Assembly (NCBI GenBank): GCA_964499775.1
Contig: CAZCMK010000007.1
Location: 1 to 51,090 of the forward strand
DNA length: 51,090 bases
Origin: an uncultured Dehalococcoidales bacterium
GTDB taxonomy: Bacteria; Chloroflexota; Dehalococcoidia; Dehalococcoidales; UBA2162
Direction of reading: 5' to 3'
A program made the position numbers and the translations under genes. This document shows positions 28,112 to 37,695 of the stretch, one piece after another; the stretch's first letter is position 1, and the number at the start of each line of letters is the position of its first letter. The notes below the pieces were generated by a model, which saw only the letters and a program-made list of their open reading frames with translations, had not been told where the DNA came from and did no database searches.

Positions 28112-29896
28112 ATGTGCGGCATAATAGGTTATACGGGCGAAAAACAGGCTCAGCCCATACTCCTTAACGGCCTGGCGAAGCTGGAGTATAGAGGTTATGA
28201 CTCCTGCGGTATAGCTATATCCGCTGAAAATATTGAGTTATATAAGGATGCGGTCAGAGTCGAGGCATTGAGAAAAGCATCGCCTGAACTTAAGGGGACC
28301 CTGGGCATCGGTCATACCAGGTGGGCGACTCACGGTGCTCCCTCCCGGATTAACGCTCATCCTCACCTCGATTGCACCGGCAATATTGCCGTGGTGCACA
28401 ACGGCGTTATAAGCAATTACCAGGAGTTGAAGTCCCGGCTTGTCGATGAAGGACATAAGTTTGTCTCTGAAACGGATACAGAGGTAATTTCGCACCTCAT
28501 AGAGAAATACTATCACGGTGATATAGAGGAGGCTGTTGAATCCGCCGTGGCTGATATAGAAGGTTCCTATGCGCTTATCGTGCTGGTAAAGGATGAACCG
28601 GGACTGGCGGTTGCCAGAAAAGACAGCCCGTTGATATTAGGCCTGGGGGATAGAGAAAATTTCGTTGCCTCCGATGTGCCGGCGATACTCGATTATACCG
28701 ATAGGGTCGTATATCTGGAGGATGGAGATACAGGGTTCATTACCGGGAATGACGTAAAGGTGAAAAGGGACGGGAAAGAGGTTGAAAGGGAAGAACACAA
28801 GGTATCATGGAGTGTCGAAGAAGCCCGGAAGGCGGGTTATGAGCACTTCCTGCTTAAAGAGATTCATGAACAGCCGAAGGTGATACGAAGTATCCTCGGG
28901 GAATATACGCGTGAAAAGGAGCTGGTGGCTGATACGCTCGGCGTGAAGGATACGGATATAGAGTCCATGCTAATAATCGCCTGCGGGACGTCGCATCATG
29001 CCGCTCTGGTAGGCAAATATATCATTGAAGAATTGCTCGGGATTCCGGTGAGGGCGGAACTGGCATCCGAATTCAATTACTACAGCCATACCCTGGCGGG
29101 AGGCGTATCCCTGGCTATTATCCAGTCAGGCGAAACAGCCGATACGCTGAAAGCGATGAGAAAGCTGAAGGAAGCGGGAAACCGGGTGATAGCCATAACC
29201 AACGTTGTAGGCAGTACCGCCAGCCGGATTGCCAGCCATACCATTTATACGGGTGCGGGTCCGGAGATAAGCGTGGCTGCCACCAAGACTTTCATGGCGC
29301 AGCTTATGGTACTTTACTGGCTGGGGCTATCATACTCCAGGCTGGATGCCAGAAGACTGTCCGGACTGGTCAAGGAATTGAGGCAGATGCCCGGGAAGGT
29401 ACAGCAGGTGCTGGACGATGAAGACAGTATCATCGAGCAGGCTAAATACCTGTCCGGTTTCGAAAACGTATTCTATATCGGCAGAGGTATGAGCTATCCT
29501 CTGGCATTGGAAGGAGCGCTGAAGTTAAAAGAAATTTCCTACATTCACGCCGAAGGATACGCCGCCGGGGAGTTGAAACACGGTCCGTTTGCCTTGCTGG
29601 GCACGGATACACCTGTGATTGCAATAGTGCCTGAAGACGATACTTATGAGGCGATGCTGACCAGTATAAAAGAAATAAAGGCGAGGGGCTCACCCGTGAT
29701 AGCACTGGCAGAAGAAGGCGATGAGACTATCGAAGAGTTGGCGGACGCTGTTATTTCCGTACCGCGGGTTGACAGGCTGTTTTCGCCAATAGTGAATATC
29801 GTGGTTTTACAGTTGCTTGCTTATTATACTGCCAGGGAGAGAGGGTGTTCCATAGATTTCCCCCGGAACCTGGCCAAGAGCGTAACCGTAGAGTGA
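28112..29896 (+). CDS. glmS: glutamine--fructose-6-phosphate aminotransferase
   Basis: N-terminal nucleophile MCGIIGY, two SIS domains, canonical C-terminus NLAKSVTVE. 594 aa. Confidence 0.97.
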   Translation: MCGIIGYTGEKQAQPILLNGLAKLEYRGYDSCGIAISAENIELYKDAVRVEALRKASPELKGTLGIGHTRWATHGAPSRINAHPHLDCTGNIAVVHNGVISNYQELKSRLVDEGHKFVSETDTEVISHLIEKYYHGDIEEAVESAVADIEGSYALIVLVKDEPGLAVARKDSPLILGLGDRENFVASDVPAILDYTDRVVYLEDGDTGFITGNDVKVKRDGKEVEREEHKVSWSVEEARKAGYEHFLLKEIHEQPKVIRSILGEYTREKELVADTLGVKDTDIESMLIIACGTSHHAALVGKYIIEELLGIPVRAELASEFNYYSHTLAGGVSLAIIQSGETADTLKAMRKLKEAGNRVIAITNVVGSTASRIASHTIYTGAGPEISVAATKTFMAQLMVLYWLGLSYSRLDARRLSGLVKELRQMPGKVQQVLDDEDSIIEQAKYLSGFENVFYIGRGMSYPLALEGALKLKEISYIHAEGYAAGELKHGPFALLGTDTPVIAIVPEDDTYEAMLTSIKEIKARGSPVIALAEEGDETIEELADAVISVPRVDRLFSPIVNIVVLQLLAYYTARERGCSIDFPRNLAKSVTVE

Positions 29897-29932
29897 TTCA
29901 CAAACTAAACCAATCTTTCACTGTTGATTTTA

Positions 29933-29961
29933 TTGACTTCTCCTATGCCATACGATATACT
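29933..29961 (+). promoter_or_regulatory. sigma70-type promoter candidate for the Wood-Ljungdahl cluster (TTGACT-N17-TATACT)
   Basis: -35 TTGACT at 29933-29938, 17-nt spacer, -10 TATACT at 29956-29961. It lies 37 nt after the glmS stop and about 80 nt before the cooC ATG at 30050. Confidence 0.55.
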
Positions 29962-30049
29962 GTCTAGGGTAAGCGGAAGTCAGGTATTTATTAATGCTGA
30001 GTGCTATGCCCGGGAGTCTCAGCTTTTCTTATGTCTTGTTAGGGATGAG

Positions 30050-30838
30050 ATGAAGATTGCCATTAGCGGAAAAGGTGGAGTAGGTAAAACTATATTAGCA
30101 TCTCTTCTTTCCAAATTTTTTGCTGAAGCCGGTTATTCTGTCATTGCAATTGACGCCGACCCTGATGCCAATCTGGCTGCTACTCTCGGTTTTCCAAATC
30201 CGGAAGAGATTACTCCTATCTCTGATATGACTGACCTTATTGAGGAACGAACGGGAGCCCGACCGGGTCAATCAGCACCTTATTTCAAGTTGAACCCCAA
30301 AGTGGATGACATACCGGAGAGGTATGCTCATAAACTGGATGGAATAAGATTGATGATGATGGGCAGGATAAAAAGGGGCGGTAGCGGCTGCTACTGTCCC
30401 GAAAGTGCCCTTCTCCAGACATTAATGAGCCATTTATTGATAGCCAGAGACGAAGTAGTAATCATGGATATGGAGGCAGGAATAGAGCACCTTGGAAGAG
30501 GAACGGCAAGGGCGGTGGACAAACTGATTGTAGTCGTTGAGCCGGGGAGGCGGAGTATTGAGACTGCCGAGAGCATTAGAACCCTGGCTGCGGAAATCGG
30601 ACTGACAAATATAGCGTTAGTGGCTAATAAAGTCAGAAACCAGTCGGACAGGGATTTTCTCACTTCTAACCTGTCCGGCTTTGATTTTCTGGGTTTCATA
30701 CCTTACGACCAGGAAATTGTGGAAGCGGATCAGGCGAACCTTTCACCAATTGACTCCAGCGAGCAGCTTAAGACTGCTGTAGCGGAAATATACCAGGCTC
30801 TGGTTTCTGCTTCGGATAAGGCACCGGCGACTGGCTAG
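30050..30838 (+). CDS. cooC: CO dehydrogenase/acetyl-CoA synthase nickel-insertion ATPase (CooC/AcsF family), copy 1
   Basis: MKIAISGKGGVGKT P-loop at the true N-terminus (ATG 30050) and the CxC metal motif GSGCYCPE. The 42 extra residues in the ORF track are not homologous to CooC. Confidence 0.88.
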   Translation: MKIAISGKGGVGKTILASLLSKFFAEAGYSVIAIDADPDANLAATLGFPNPEEITPISDMTDLIEERTGARPGQSAPYFKLNPKVDDIPERYAHKLDGIRLMMMGRIKRGGSGCYCPESALLQTLMSHLLIARDEVVIMDMEAGIEHLGRGTARAVDKLIVVVEPGRRSIETAESIRTLAAEIGLTNIALVANKVRNQSDRDFLTSNLSGFDFLGFIPYDQEIVEADQANLSPIDSSEQLKTAVAEIYQALVSASDKAPATG

Positions 30839-30850
30839 ACAAAACGGTAT

Positions 30851-30876
30851 AAAGAGGTAGGATTTTCTACCTCTTT
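30851..30876 (+). promoter_or_regulatory. perfect 10-bp stem hairpin between cooC and fhs (attenuator or anti-SD mimic candidate)
   Basis: AAAGAGGTAG (30851-30860), loop GATTTT, CTACCTCTTT (30867-30876), followed by TAATAT. A third same-sense copy AAGAGGTAG sits at 30912-30920, just before the fhs SD AAGGAGGT. Confidence 0.45.
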
Positions 30877-30939
30877 TAATATATCCGAACTAAAAATAAC
30901 TAAAAATTTACAAGAGGTAGATAAACAAAAGGAGGTTTT

Positions 30940-32703
30940 ATGGCTTACGATGCGGTAAAAATGAAGGACTGGGAAATTTCCGAAGCAGCTGAGGAAAATA
31001 TGCCGACTCCGGACGAGTGGCGGGAGAAGCTGGGTCTGCAAAAAGACGAGGTACTTCCTTACGGTAGAATCTCAAAACTCGATTTTCTTAAGATTATCGA
31101 CCGCCTCAAGGACAAACCGGATGGTAAATACATCGAGGTGACAGCCATTACTCCCACACCCTTGGGCGAGGGAAAGAGCACGACCTCCTGCGGGCTCCTG
31201 GAAGGCCTGGGTAAGCGGGGAATGAACGTCGGTGGTGCTTTACGCCAGCCCTCGGGCGGTCCGACCATGAATATTAAAGGGACGGCCGCCGGCGGTGGCA
31301 ACTCTCTGCTTATCCCGATGACCGAATTTTCCATGGGACTTACCGGCGATATCAATGACATCATGAATGCCCATAACCTGGCGATGGTAGCCCTGACTGC
31401 CAGGATGCAGCACGAGCGAAACTATGATGATGAGCGTCTCCAGAAACTGACCAGGATGCGCCGTCTCGATATAGACCCCACCAGAGTGGAGATGGGCTGG
31501 ATTATCGATTTCTGTGCTCAGAGTCTGCGTAACATTGTCATCGGACTCGGTGGCCGTATGGATGGCTTTACCATGCAGTCCAAGTTCGGTATTGCCGTAA
31601 GCTCCGAGCTAATGGCTATGCTGTCCATCGTGACCGACCTTGCTGATCTGCGGGAAAGAATGAACAATATCACCGTTGCCTATGATAAAAAGGGAAATCC
31701 CATTACCACCGGCGATCTTGAAGTGGGCGGTGCCATGACTGCCTGGATGCGTAATACCATAAATCCGACACTGCTGTGCACTGCCGAGTACCAGCCCTGT
31801 TTTGTTCACGCAGGCCCCTTTGCCAATATCGCAGTGGGCCAGTCATCGATTATAGCCGACCGTATCGGCCTGAAGATGTTCGATTATCACGTTACCGAGA
31901 GCGGTTTCGCCGCCGATATCGGTTTCGAGAAATTCTGGAATGTGAAGTGCCGCTACAGCGGTCTTAAACCTCATGTTTCCGTACTCACCACAACTATACG
32001 GGCGCTTAAGATGCACGGCGGTGGACCCAGAGTGGTTGCCGGAATACCTCTGCCGGACGAATATATGAAAGAGAACGTAGAACTGGTAGAGAAGGGTCTG
32101 CCCAATATGCTCCACCTTATCGGCGTCATCAGGGAATCCGGTATCAATCCGGTAGTTTGTATCAACAAATTCCACACCGATACCCCGGATGAAATTGCCG
32201 TGGTCAGGAAAGCAGCGGAGGCAGCCGGTGCCCGTGTTGCCGAAAGCAGCCACTGGGCAGACGGCGGTGACGGCGCGCTCGAGCTTGCCGACGCCGTCAT
32301 AGAAGCCTGTAACGAAGAGAATGAGTTCAGGTTCCTTTACCCCAACGAGATGAAGCTCAGAGAACGCGTTGACAGGATTGCCAAGGTAGTCTACGGGGCT
32401 GATGGGGTTTCATGGACTCCGGAGGCTGAAGCGAAGGCGAAAAGGTTCGAGGAAGACCCGAAGTATGATGAATACGCTACCATGATGGTCAAGACCCATC
32501 TGAGTCTCACACACGACCCGACTGTCAAGGGGGTACCAGAGGGATGGACTCTACCTGTCCGTGACGTGCTTATCTATTCCGGAGCCAAGTTCCTCTGTCC
32601 GGTGGCAGGCACGATTACCCTGATGCCTGGAACAAGCTCCGACCCTGCCCTCAGAAGGGTAGATATTGATACCAAGACCGGTAAAGTACAGGGGCTCTTC
32701 TAG
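30940..32703 (+). CDS. fhs: formate--tetrahydrofolate ligase
   Basis: 587 aa. Signature [12 protein letters not shown], strong SD AAGGAGGT. Confidence 0.97.
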   Translation: MAYDAVKMKDWEISEAAEENMPTPDEWREKLGLQKDEVLPYGRISKLDFLKIIDRLKDKPDGKYIEVTAITPTPLGEGKSTTSCGLLEGLGKRGMNVGGALRQPSGGPTMNIKGTAAGGGNSLLIPMTEFSMGLTGDINDIMNAHNLAMVALTARMQHERNYDDERLQKLTRMRRLDIDPTRVEMGWIIDFCAQSLRNIVIGLGGRMDGFTMQSKFGIAVSSELMAMLSIVTDLADLRERMNNITVAYDKKGNPITTGDLEVGGAMTAWMRNTINPTLLCTAEYQPCFVHAGPFANIAVGQSSIIADRIGLKMFDYHVTESGFAADIGFEKFWNVKCRYSGLKPHVSVLTTTIRALKMHGGGPRVVAGIPLPDEYMKENVELVEKGLPNMLHLIGVIRESGINPVVCINKFHTDTPDEIAVVRKAAEAAGARVAESSHWADGGDGALELADAVIEACNEENEFRFLYPNEMKLRERVDRIAKVVYGADGVSWTPEAEAKAKRFEEDPKYDEYATMMVKTHLSLTHDPTVKGVPEGWTLPVRDVLIYSGAKFLCPVAGTITLMPGTSSDPALRRVDIDTKTGKVQGLF

Positions 32704-32738
32704 TTTGTTGTATAATAAAAATAGCGGAGGTTAGTTTT

Positions 32739-33512
32739 TTGAGTTTTTCTATCGCTGTCGCCGGAAAAGGCGGCACCGGTAAGACATCGTTGGCAAGTCT
32801 TATAATACGCTACCTGAGTAAAAACAGTTCAGGCCCGATACTGGCAATCGATGCCGACCCTAATGCGAACCTTGCTGAGAGCCTGGGGCTCGACGTAGAT
32901 ATGACAATAGGCTCCATAATCGCCGCATTCAACGGAGTAAAGATAAACATTCCTGCCGGAATGACAAAAGAGGCTTATCTCGAGATTAAGTTGAACAGGG
33001 CGATTACCGAGAGTAAGGGACTCGACCTGATAACAATGGGCAGGGGTGAGGGGCCCGAGTGCTACTGTTATCCTAACGCGCTTTTAAGAAAATTTGCCGA
33101 TCAACTCGCCGGTAACTATGCTTATGTGGTAATGGATAATGAAGCGGGTATGGAGCACCTGAGCCGCAGGACCACCCAGAATATCGATTTGCTCCTGATA
33201 GTATCCGACCACTCAGTAAAAGGTGTCCGGACGATAGCCCGGATAATGGGACTGGTTGATGAACTTAAACTGGTGGTAAAGAAGCAGGTTGTGATTATCA
33301 ATTTCGCTCCTGAAGAACTTGCTTCAATGGTTAAAGATGAACTGGAGAAGCTGGGTATTGAGTCACCGATTTTAATACCAAGGGATGAAGAAATATACCA
33401 GTTCGACCTTGAAGTCAGGCCTCTGGTGGAATTACCCGATACATCGAAAGCGGCAATGGCTGTCGAAAATATCATGGACGAACTGGTCTCAACCAAAAAG
33501 GTAGAAGTCTAA
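32739..33512 (+). CDS. CooC/AcsF-family nickel-insertion ATPase, copy 2
   Basis: MSFSIAVAGKGGTGKT P-loop and CxC motif GPECYCYPN. 257 aa. Confidence 0.88.
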   Translation: MSFSIAVAGKGGTGKTSLASLIIRYLSKNSSGPILAIDADPNANLAESLGLDVDMTIGSIIAAFNGVKINIPAGMTKEAYLEIKLNRAITESKGLDLITMGRGEGPECYCYPNALLRKFADQLAGNYAYVVMDNEAGMEHLSRRTTQNIDLLLIVSDHSVKGVRTIARIMGLVDELKLVVKKQVVIINFAPEELASMVKDELEKLGIESPILIPRDEEIYQFDLEVRPLVELPDTSKAAMAVENIMDELVSTKKVEV

Positions 33513-33535
33513 TGCTTAAAGAAAGGGGTAGATAG

Positions 33536-34423
33536 ATGACAGCAGAACTGATAAAGGGCGCAGAGGTCGCCAAGCAGATTAGGGAAGAGCTCAAACAGGA
33601 GATTGCCGATTTGAAGGCAAAGCATAACGTCGTGCCCGGTCTGGTTACCGTTCTCGTCGGTGCCGACCCGGCATCACAGGTCTATGTAGGCTCCAAGGAG
33701 AGAACCTGCGGAGAACTGGGGATCTATTCGGAGCGGTATGACCTGCCGGAAGAAACATCCCAGGAAGAGCTGATGAAGCTCATCGATAAGCTCAATAAAG
33801 AACCGAAGATTAACGGTATTCTGGTACAGCTACCCCTGCCAAAGCACCTCAATGAAGAGGAAGTCCTGTACGCGATTGACCCGAATAAGGACGTAGACGG
33901 GTTTCATCCGGTAAATGTGGGCAAGCTGATGATTGGCGAGCCGAATTATCTGCCCTGCACACCGGCCGGTATCCAGCAGCTTCTCATACGGTCCGGCACC
34001 CCGATTGAAGGTGCTGAAGTTGTTGTGGTCGGTAGAAGTAATATCGTCGGTAAACCCATAGCCAACATGCTTCTTCAAAAGGCACCGGGAGCCAACGCTA
34101 CGGTTACCATCTGCCATACCAGGACTAAAGATATGGTATTTCACACAAAGAGAGCCGATATACTCATCGTGGCTGCCGGTAAACCCAAAGCAGTCACGGC
34201 GGACATGGTAAAAGAAGGAGTCGTTGTTATCGATGTCGGCGTGAATGAAATCGGGAAGACGGCGGAAGGAAAAAGAATCCTCGCCGGTGATGTCGATTTT
34301 GATTCGGTTAAAGAGAAAGCAAAGGCTATCACCCCCGTCCCCGGAGGTGTTGGCCCGATGACCATAACCATGCTTATGATGAATACTGTAAAAGCGGCAA
34401 AACTGGCTGCCGGACTAGCATAA
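33536..34423 (+). CDS. folD: bifunctional methylene-THF dehydrogenase / methenyl-THF cyclohydrolase
   Basis: 295 aa. VGADPASQVYVGSK, VVGRSNIVGKP, TPVPGGVGPMTITML. Confidence 0.96.
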   Translation: MTAELIKGAEVAKQIREELKQEIADLKAKHNVVPGLVTVLVGADPASQVYVGSKERTCGELGIYSERYDLPEETSQEELMKLIDKLNKEPKINGILVQLPLPKHLNEEEVLYAIDPNKDVDGFHPVNVGKLMIGEPNYLPCTPAGIQQLLIRSGTPIEGAEVVVVGRSNIVGKPIANMLLQKAPGANATVTICHTRTKDMVFHTKRADILIVAAGKPKAVTADMVKEGVVVIDVGVNEIGKTAEGKRILAGDVDFDSVKEKAKAITPVPGGVGPMTITMLMMNTVKAAKLAAGLA

Positions 34424-34439
34424 AAGGGAGGGTATCATT

Positions 34440-34658
34440 ATGGAATATAAAGTTAAGAAAGTAAGCGCTCCGGGAAGAGATGAGGTGGAATTACTGGGAG
34501 AGACCTTCGAGGAAGGTGTGCCTGAAGATGAGGGGCTTGGAAAGTGGAGGCAGAAACTTGGCTCCAGAGAAGACAAGCTGAAGTATCTACAAAACGGTGA
34601 GAGATACTGGTACAGTGACGACTGGTACGGCAGTGAGAAGAGGAGGAATCCGGCGTAA
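34440..34658 (+). CDS. small acidic/Trp-rich hypothetical protein embedded in the WL cluster
   Basis: 72-aa ORF with strong SD (AAAGGGAGGG 6 nt before the ATG), 16 nt after folD and 46 nt before acsD. No family recognised. Confidence 0.55.
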   Translation: MEYKVKKVSAPGRDEVELLGETFEEGVPEDEGLGKWRQKLGSREDKLKYLQNGERYWYSDDWYGSEKRRNPA

Positions 34659-34704
34659 TACCGGTTATATGTTTAGTAAGTAACCTTTGTTAAGGGAGGT
34701 AAAT

Positions 34705-35652
34705 ATGGCAGTAGAGATTCCTAAGACATCATATAGCGGGAAAATCAAAGGGGTAACACTGGGTAAAGGAAGTAATGCTGTGCCGGTTGGTGGGGAGACA
34801 TCTTACCCCTTTTATCTTTTTGAAGGCGAGATGCCCAACATACCAAGAATCGCCATGGAGGTCTGGGACTGCCCGCCCGATAACTGGGCGGAAGCAGCCC
34901 TTGAGCCTTTTGCCGGGGTGACGGATGACCCTGTCGCCTGGGCTAAGAAATGCATCGGTGATTATGGTGCCGAGATGATTGCCCTGGAGATGATAAGTAC
35001 AGACCCTAACGGGATGGACCGGCCGGCCGATGAAGCCGCCGCAATAGTCAAGAAGGTATCGGATGCTATAGATGTCCCGTTGATTGTCTGGGGCACGGCA
35101 GACCACGATAAAGATACCGAGGTCCTGAGACAGGCGGCAGAGCTGGTACAGGATAAAAGCCTGATTATGGGACCGGTCGAAGAAGCGGACCATAAGAGGA
35201 TAGGGGCAGCGGCTCTTGCTTATCACCATACCGTGATTGCCTCGACCCCTATAGATATAAACCTTGCCAAACAGCTTAATATATTGCTGGGGAATCTGGG
35301 AGTGACCGACGAATCGATTATTATTGACCCTACGGTCAGCGGTATCGGTTACGGTATCGAGTACTGCTATTCGGTAATGGAGAGGATGAGGATGGCAGGG
35401 TTGACGCAGCAGGATGATAAACTCCAGTTTCCGATAATCTGTAACATATCCAAAGAAACGTGGAAGACAAAGGAAGCGAAGCTATCTGAAGAAGAAGACC
35501 CGACTCTGGGAAATCCTAAGAATAGAGGCATTTTACTGGAAGCAATGTCGGCTACCGTGTTATTACTGGCCGGTGGCGATATTCTAATAATGAGACATCC
35601 TGAAGCAATAAAACTGGTTAAGGAAATGATAGCCGAATTAACGGCTTCATAG
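34705..35652 (+). CDS. acsD: corrinoid/iron-sulfur protein small subunit (CdhD/AcsD)
   Basis: MAVEIPKTSYSGKIKGVTLG...VGGETSYPFYLFEG matches the delta-subunit N-terminus. ATG 34705 follows AAGGGAGGT. 315 aa. Confidence 0.9.
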   Translation: MAVEIPKTSYSGKIKGVTLGKGSNAVPVGGETSYPFYLFEGEMPNIPRIAMEVWDCPPDNWAEAALEPFAGVTDDPVAWAKKCIGDYGAEMIALEMISTDPNGMDRPADEAAAIVKKVSDAIDVPLIVWGTADHDKDTEVLRQAAELVQDKSLIMGPVEEADHKRIGAAALAYHHTVIASTPIDINLAKQLNILLGNLGVTDESIIIDPTVSGIGYGIEYCYSVMERMRMAGLTQQDDKLQFPIICNISKETWKTKEAKLSEEEDPTLGNPKNRGILLEAMSATVLLLAGGDILIMRHPEAIKLVKEMIAELTAS

Positions 35653-35671
35653 ATTAAGAATTGGGAGGAAG

Positions 35672-37654
35672 ATGAATAAAATGGCAGATAACGAGAATGA
35701 AGCAAAAAGTATCGACCAGGGTAGTGTGGAGCTGATAGAGAAGGCGATTAAAGACGGAGTTAATACCGTCTTCGAAAGGGCAGATATGATGAAGCCCTGC
35801 CCGATTGGTTCTGTCGGCAGTTGCTGTAAGAACTGCAGTATGGGGCCCTGCCGGGTACCTCTGGCTAAAGGTAAAGAGGAAACGCCGGAAGAGAAGCTGA
35901 AGAGACGGGGTATCTGCGGCGCTACCGCGGAGACTATCGCAGCTCGTAATTTCATCCGTATGGTTGCCGGCGGAGCGGCGGCTCACTCCGACCACGGACG
36001 GGGAGTAGCCGAGTTGTTTGTGGCGGTAGCGAAGGGAGAAGCCCCCGGATACGAGATTAAGGATGAGCAGAAACTGCTGCAACTGGCTCTGGACTGGGGT
36101 GTCGAGATTGGCGACCGTACCAACAATGAGATAGCCACCGATATCGGTAGAATCGCCCTGGCAGAGTTCGGCCAGCAGGAAGGTGAGGTTATAACCACAA
36201 GGAAGGCACCCCTGAAGCGCCAGGAGTTATGGCGCCAGCAGGGTGTCATGCCACGGGGTATAGATAGAGAAATTGTTGAAATAATGCACCGGACTCACAT
36301 AGGTGTTGACCAGGACTACCGGAACCTGCTCAAACAGGGTGTCAGGGCATCGATAGCCGACGGCTGGGGCGGCAGCATGATTGCCACCGAGCTTCAGGAT
36401 ATCCTGTTTGGTACTCCGGCGCCTGTTATGGGTACGGCAAACCTGGGCGTACTTAGCGAGGACGAGGTGAACCTTGTCATTCACGGCCATGAGCCGTTGC
36501 TGTCTGAGATGATTGTAGCGGTTTCTCAGGAACCGGAGATGGTGGAACTGGCAAAATCGAAGGGTGCCAAGGGAATTAACCTTTCGGGTATGTGCTGCAC
36601 CGCCAATGAGATACTGATGCGTCACGGTGTGGGCATAGCCGGGAACTTCCTGCAGCAGGAGCTGGCGATAGTAACCGGAGCCGTAGAAGCTATGGTGGTG
36701 GATGTCCAGTGCATTATGCAGTCCATTACCACCGTAGCCGAGTGCTACCATACCAAGATTATCACTACTGCAGCCAAGGCAAAGATTCCCGGTGCTTTAC
36801 ATATTGAGTTTGACGAGCATAATGCCATAGAGTCAGCCCGGACTATAGTTAAGGCTGCTATTGAAAACTACCCCAATCGCAAAGGGAATATCTACATTCC
36901 TGATAATAAGACTGACCAGATTGCCGGTTTTAGCCACGAGACCATCAACTACCTCCTCGGCGGAGTGTTTCGTGCTTCCTACCGGCCGCTGAATGACAAT
37001 ATCATTAACGGTCGAATCAGGGGAGTAGCCGGTGTTGTCGGTTGCAACAATGCCCGGACCAAGCATAACGAAGGGCATGTAGCAATGGTTAAAGAGCTGA
37101 TAAAGAATGATGTACTTGTTATTACGACCGGCTGTAACGCAATCGCCTGTGCCGAAGCCGGACTGATGGTTCCAGAAGCGGCTAAGGAGTTCGCCGGTGA
37201 AGGGTTGGCTGAAGTCTGTGAGGCCGTGGGTATCCCGCCGGTACTGCACATGGGTTCATGTGTTGACAACAGTCGAATCCTGATAGCGGCTACTGCTATG
37301 GTTAAGGACGGTGGTCTAGGTGATGACATCAGTGACCTGCCGGTAGCAGGTGCCGCACCTGAGTGGATGAGCGAGAAAGCAATCTCAATCGGCCAGTACT
37401 TTGTCGCCTCGGGTGTGTACACCGTATTCGGCGTAACCTGGCCCACCACCGGCAGCAAAGAAGTAACCGACTTCCTGTTCAAAGAGATGGAAGAGCTGTA
37501 CGGCGGGATGTGGGACTTCGAGCCGGACCCGATTGAAGGTGCGAAAAAGATGATTGCTCATATCGATAAGAAGCGTAAAGCTCTGGGTATCGATAAAGCG
37601 AGAGAAAGAATCCTTTATGACATGGAGATGCGGCGGGAGCTGGATAAGGTGTAA
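35672..37654 (+). CDS. acsA: anaerobic Ni-CO dehydrogenase catalytic subunit (CODH component of CODH/ACS)
   Basis: 660 aa. N-terminal cluster motifs CPIGSVGSCCKNCSMGPCRV, and overall CooS/AcsA length and pattern. Confidence 0.95.
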   Translation: MNKMADNENEAKSIDQGSVELIEKAIKDGVNTVFERADMMKPCPIGSVGSCCKNCSMGPCRVPLAKGKEETPEEKLKRRGICGATAETIAARNFIRMVAGGAAAHSDHGRGVAELFVAVAKGEAPGYEIKDEQKLLQLALDWGVEIGDRTNNEIATDIGRIALAEFGQQEGEVITTRKAPLKRQELWRQQGVMPRGIDREIVEIMHRTHIGVDQDYRNLLKQGVRASIADGWGGSMIATELQDILFGTPAPVMGTANLGVLSEDEVNLVIHGHEPLLSEMIVAVSQEPEMVELAKSKGAKGINLSGMCCTANEILMRHGVGIAGNFLQQELAIVTGAVEAMVVDVQCIMQSITTVAECYHTKIITTAAKAKIPGALHIEFDEHNAIESARTIVKAAIENYPNRKGNIYIPDNKTDQIAGFSHETINYLLGGVFRASYRPLNDNIINGRIRGVAGVVGCNNARTKHNEGHVAMVKELIKNDVLVITTGCNAIACAEAGLMVPEAAKEFAGEGLAEVCEAVGIPPVLHMGSCVDNSRILIAATAMVKDGGLGDDISDLPVAGAAPEWMSEKAISIGQYFVASGVYTVFGVTWPTTGSKEVTDFLFKEMEELYGGMWDFEPDPIEGAKKMIAHIDKKRKALGIDKARERILYDMEMRRELDKV

Positions 37655-37695
37655 ATGTCATGACAGATATAGAAAAAAGGGAGGGCTAAAGAGAA

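Noticed and set aside
29924-30049. 42-residue N-terminal extension of cooC in the ORF track (likewise 39931-39993 for acsC, 8480-8524 for glyA, 14697-14720 for the dehydrogenase)
   Set aside because: The extensions start at non-ATG codons, run through a promoter or repeat sequence and precede the conserved family N-termini. Each of those N-termini has its own SD-ATG.
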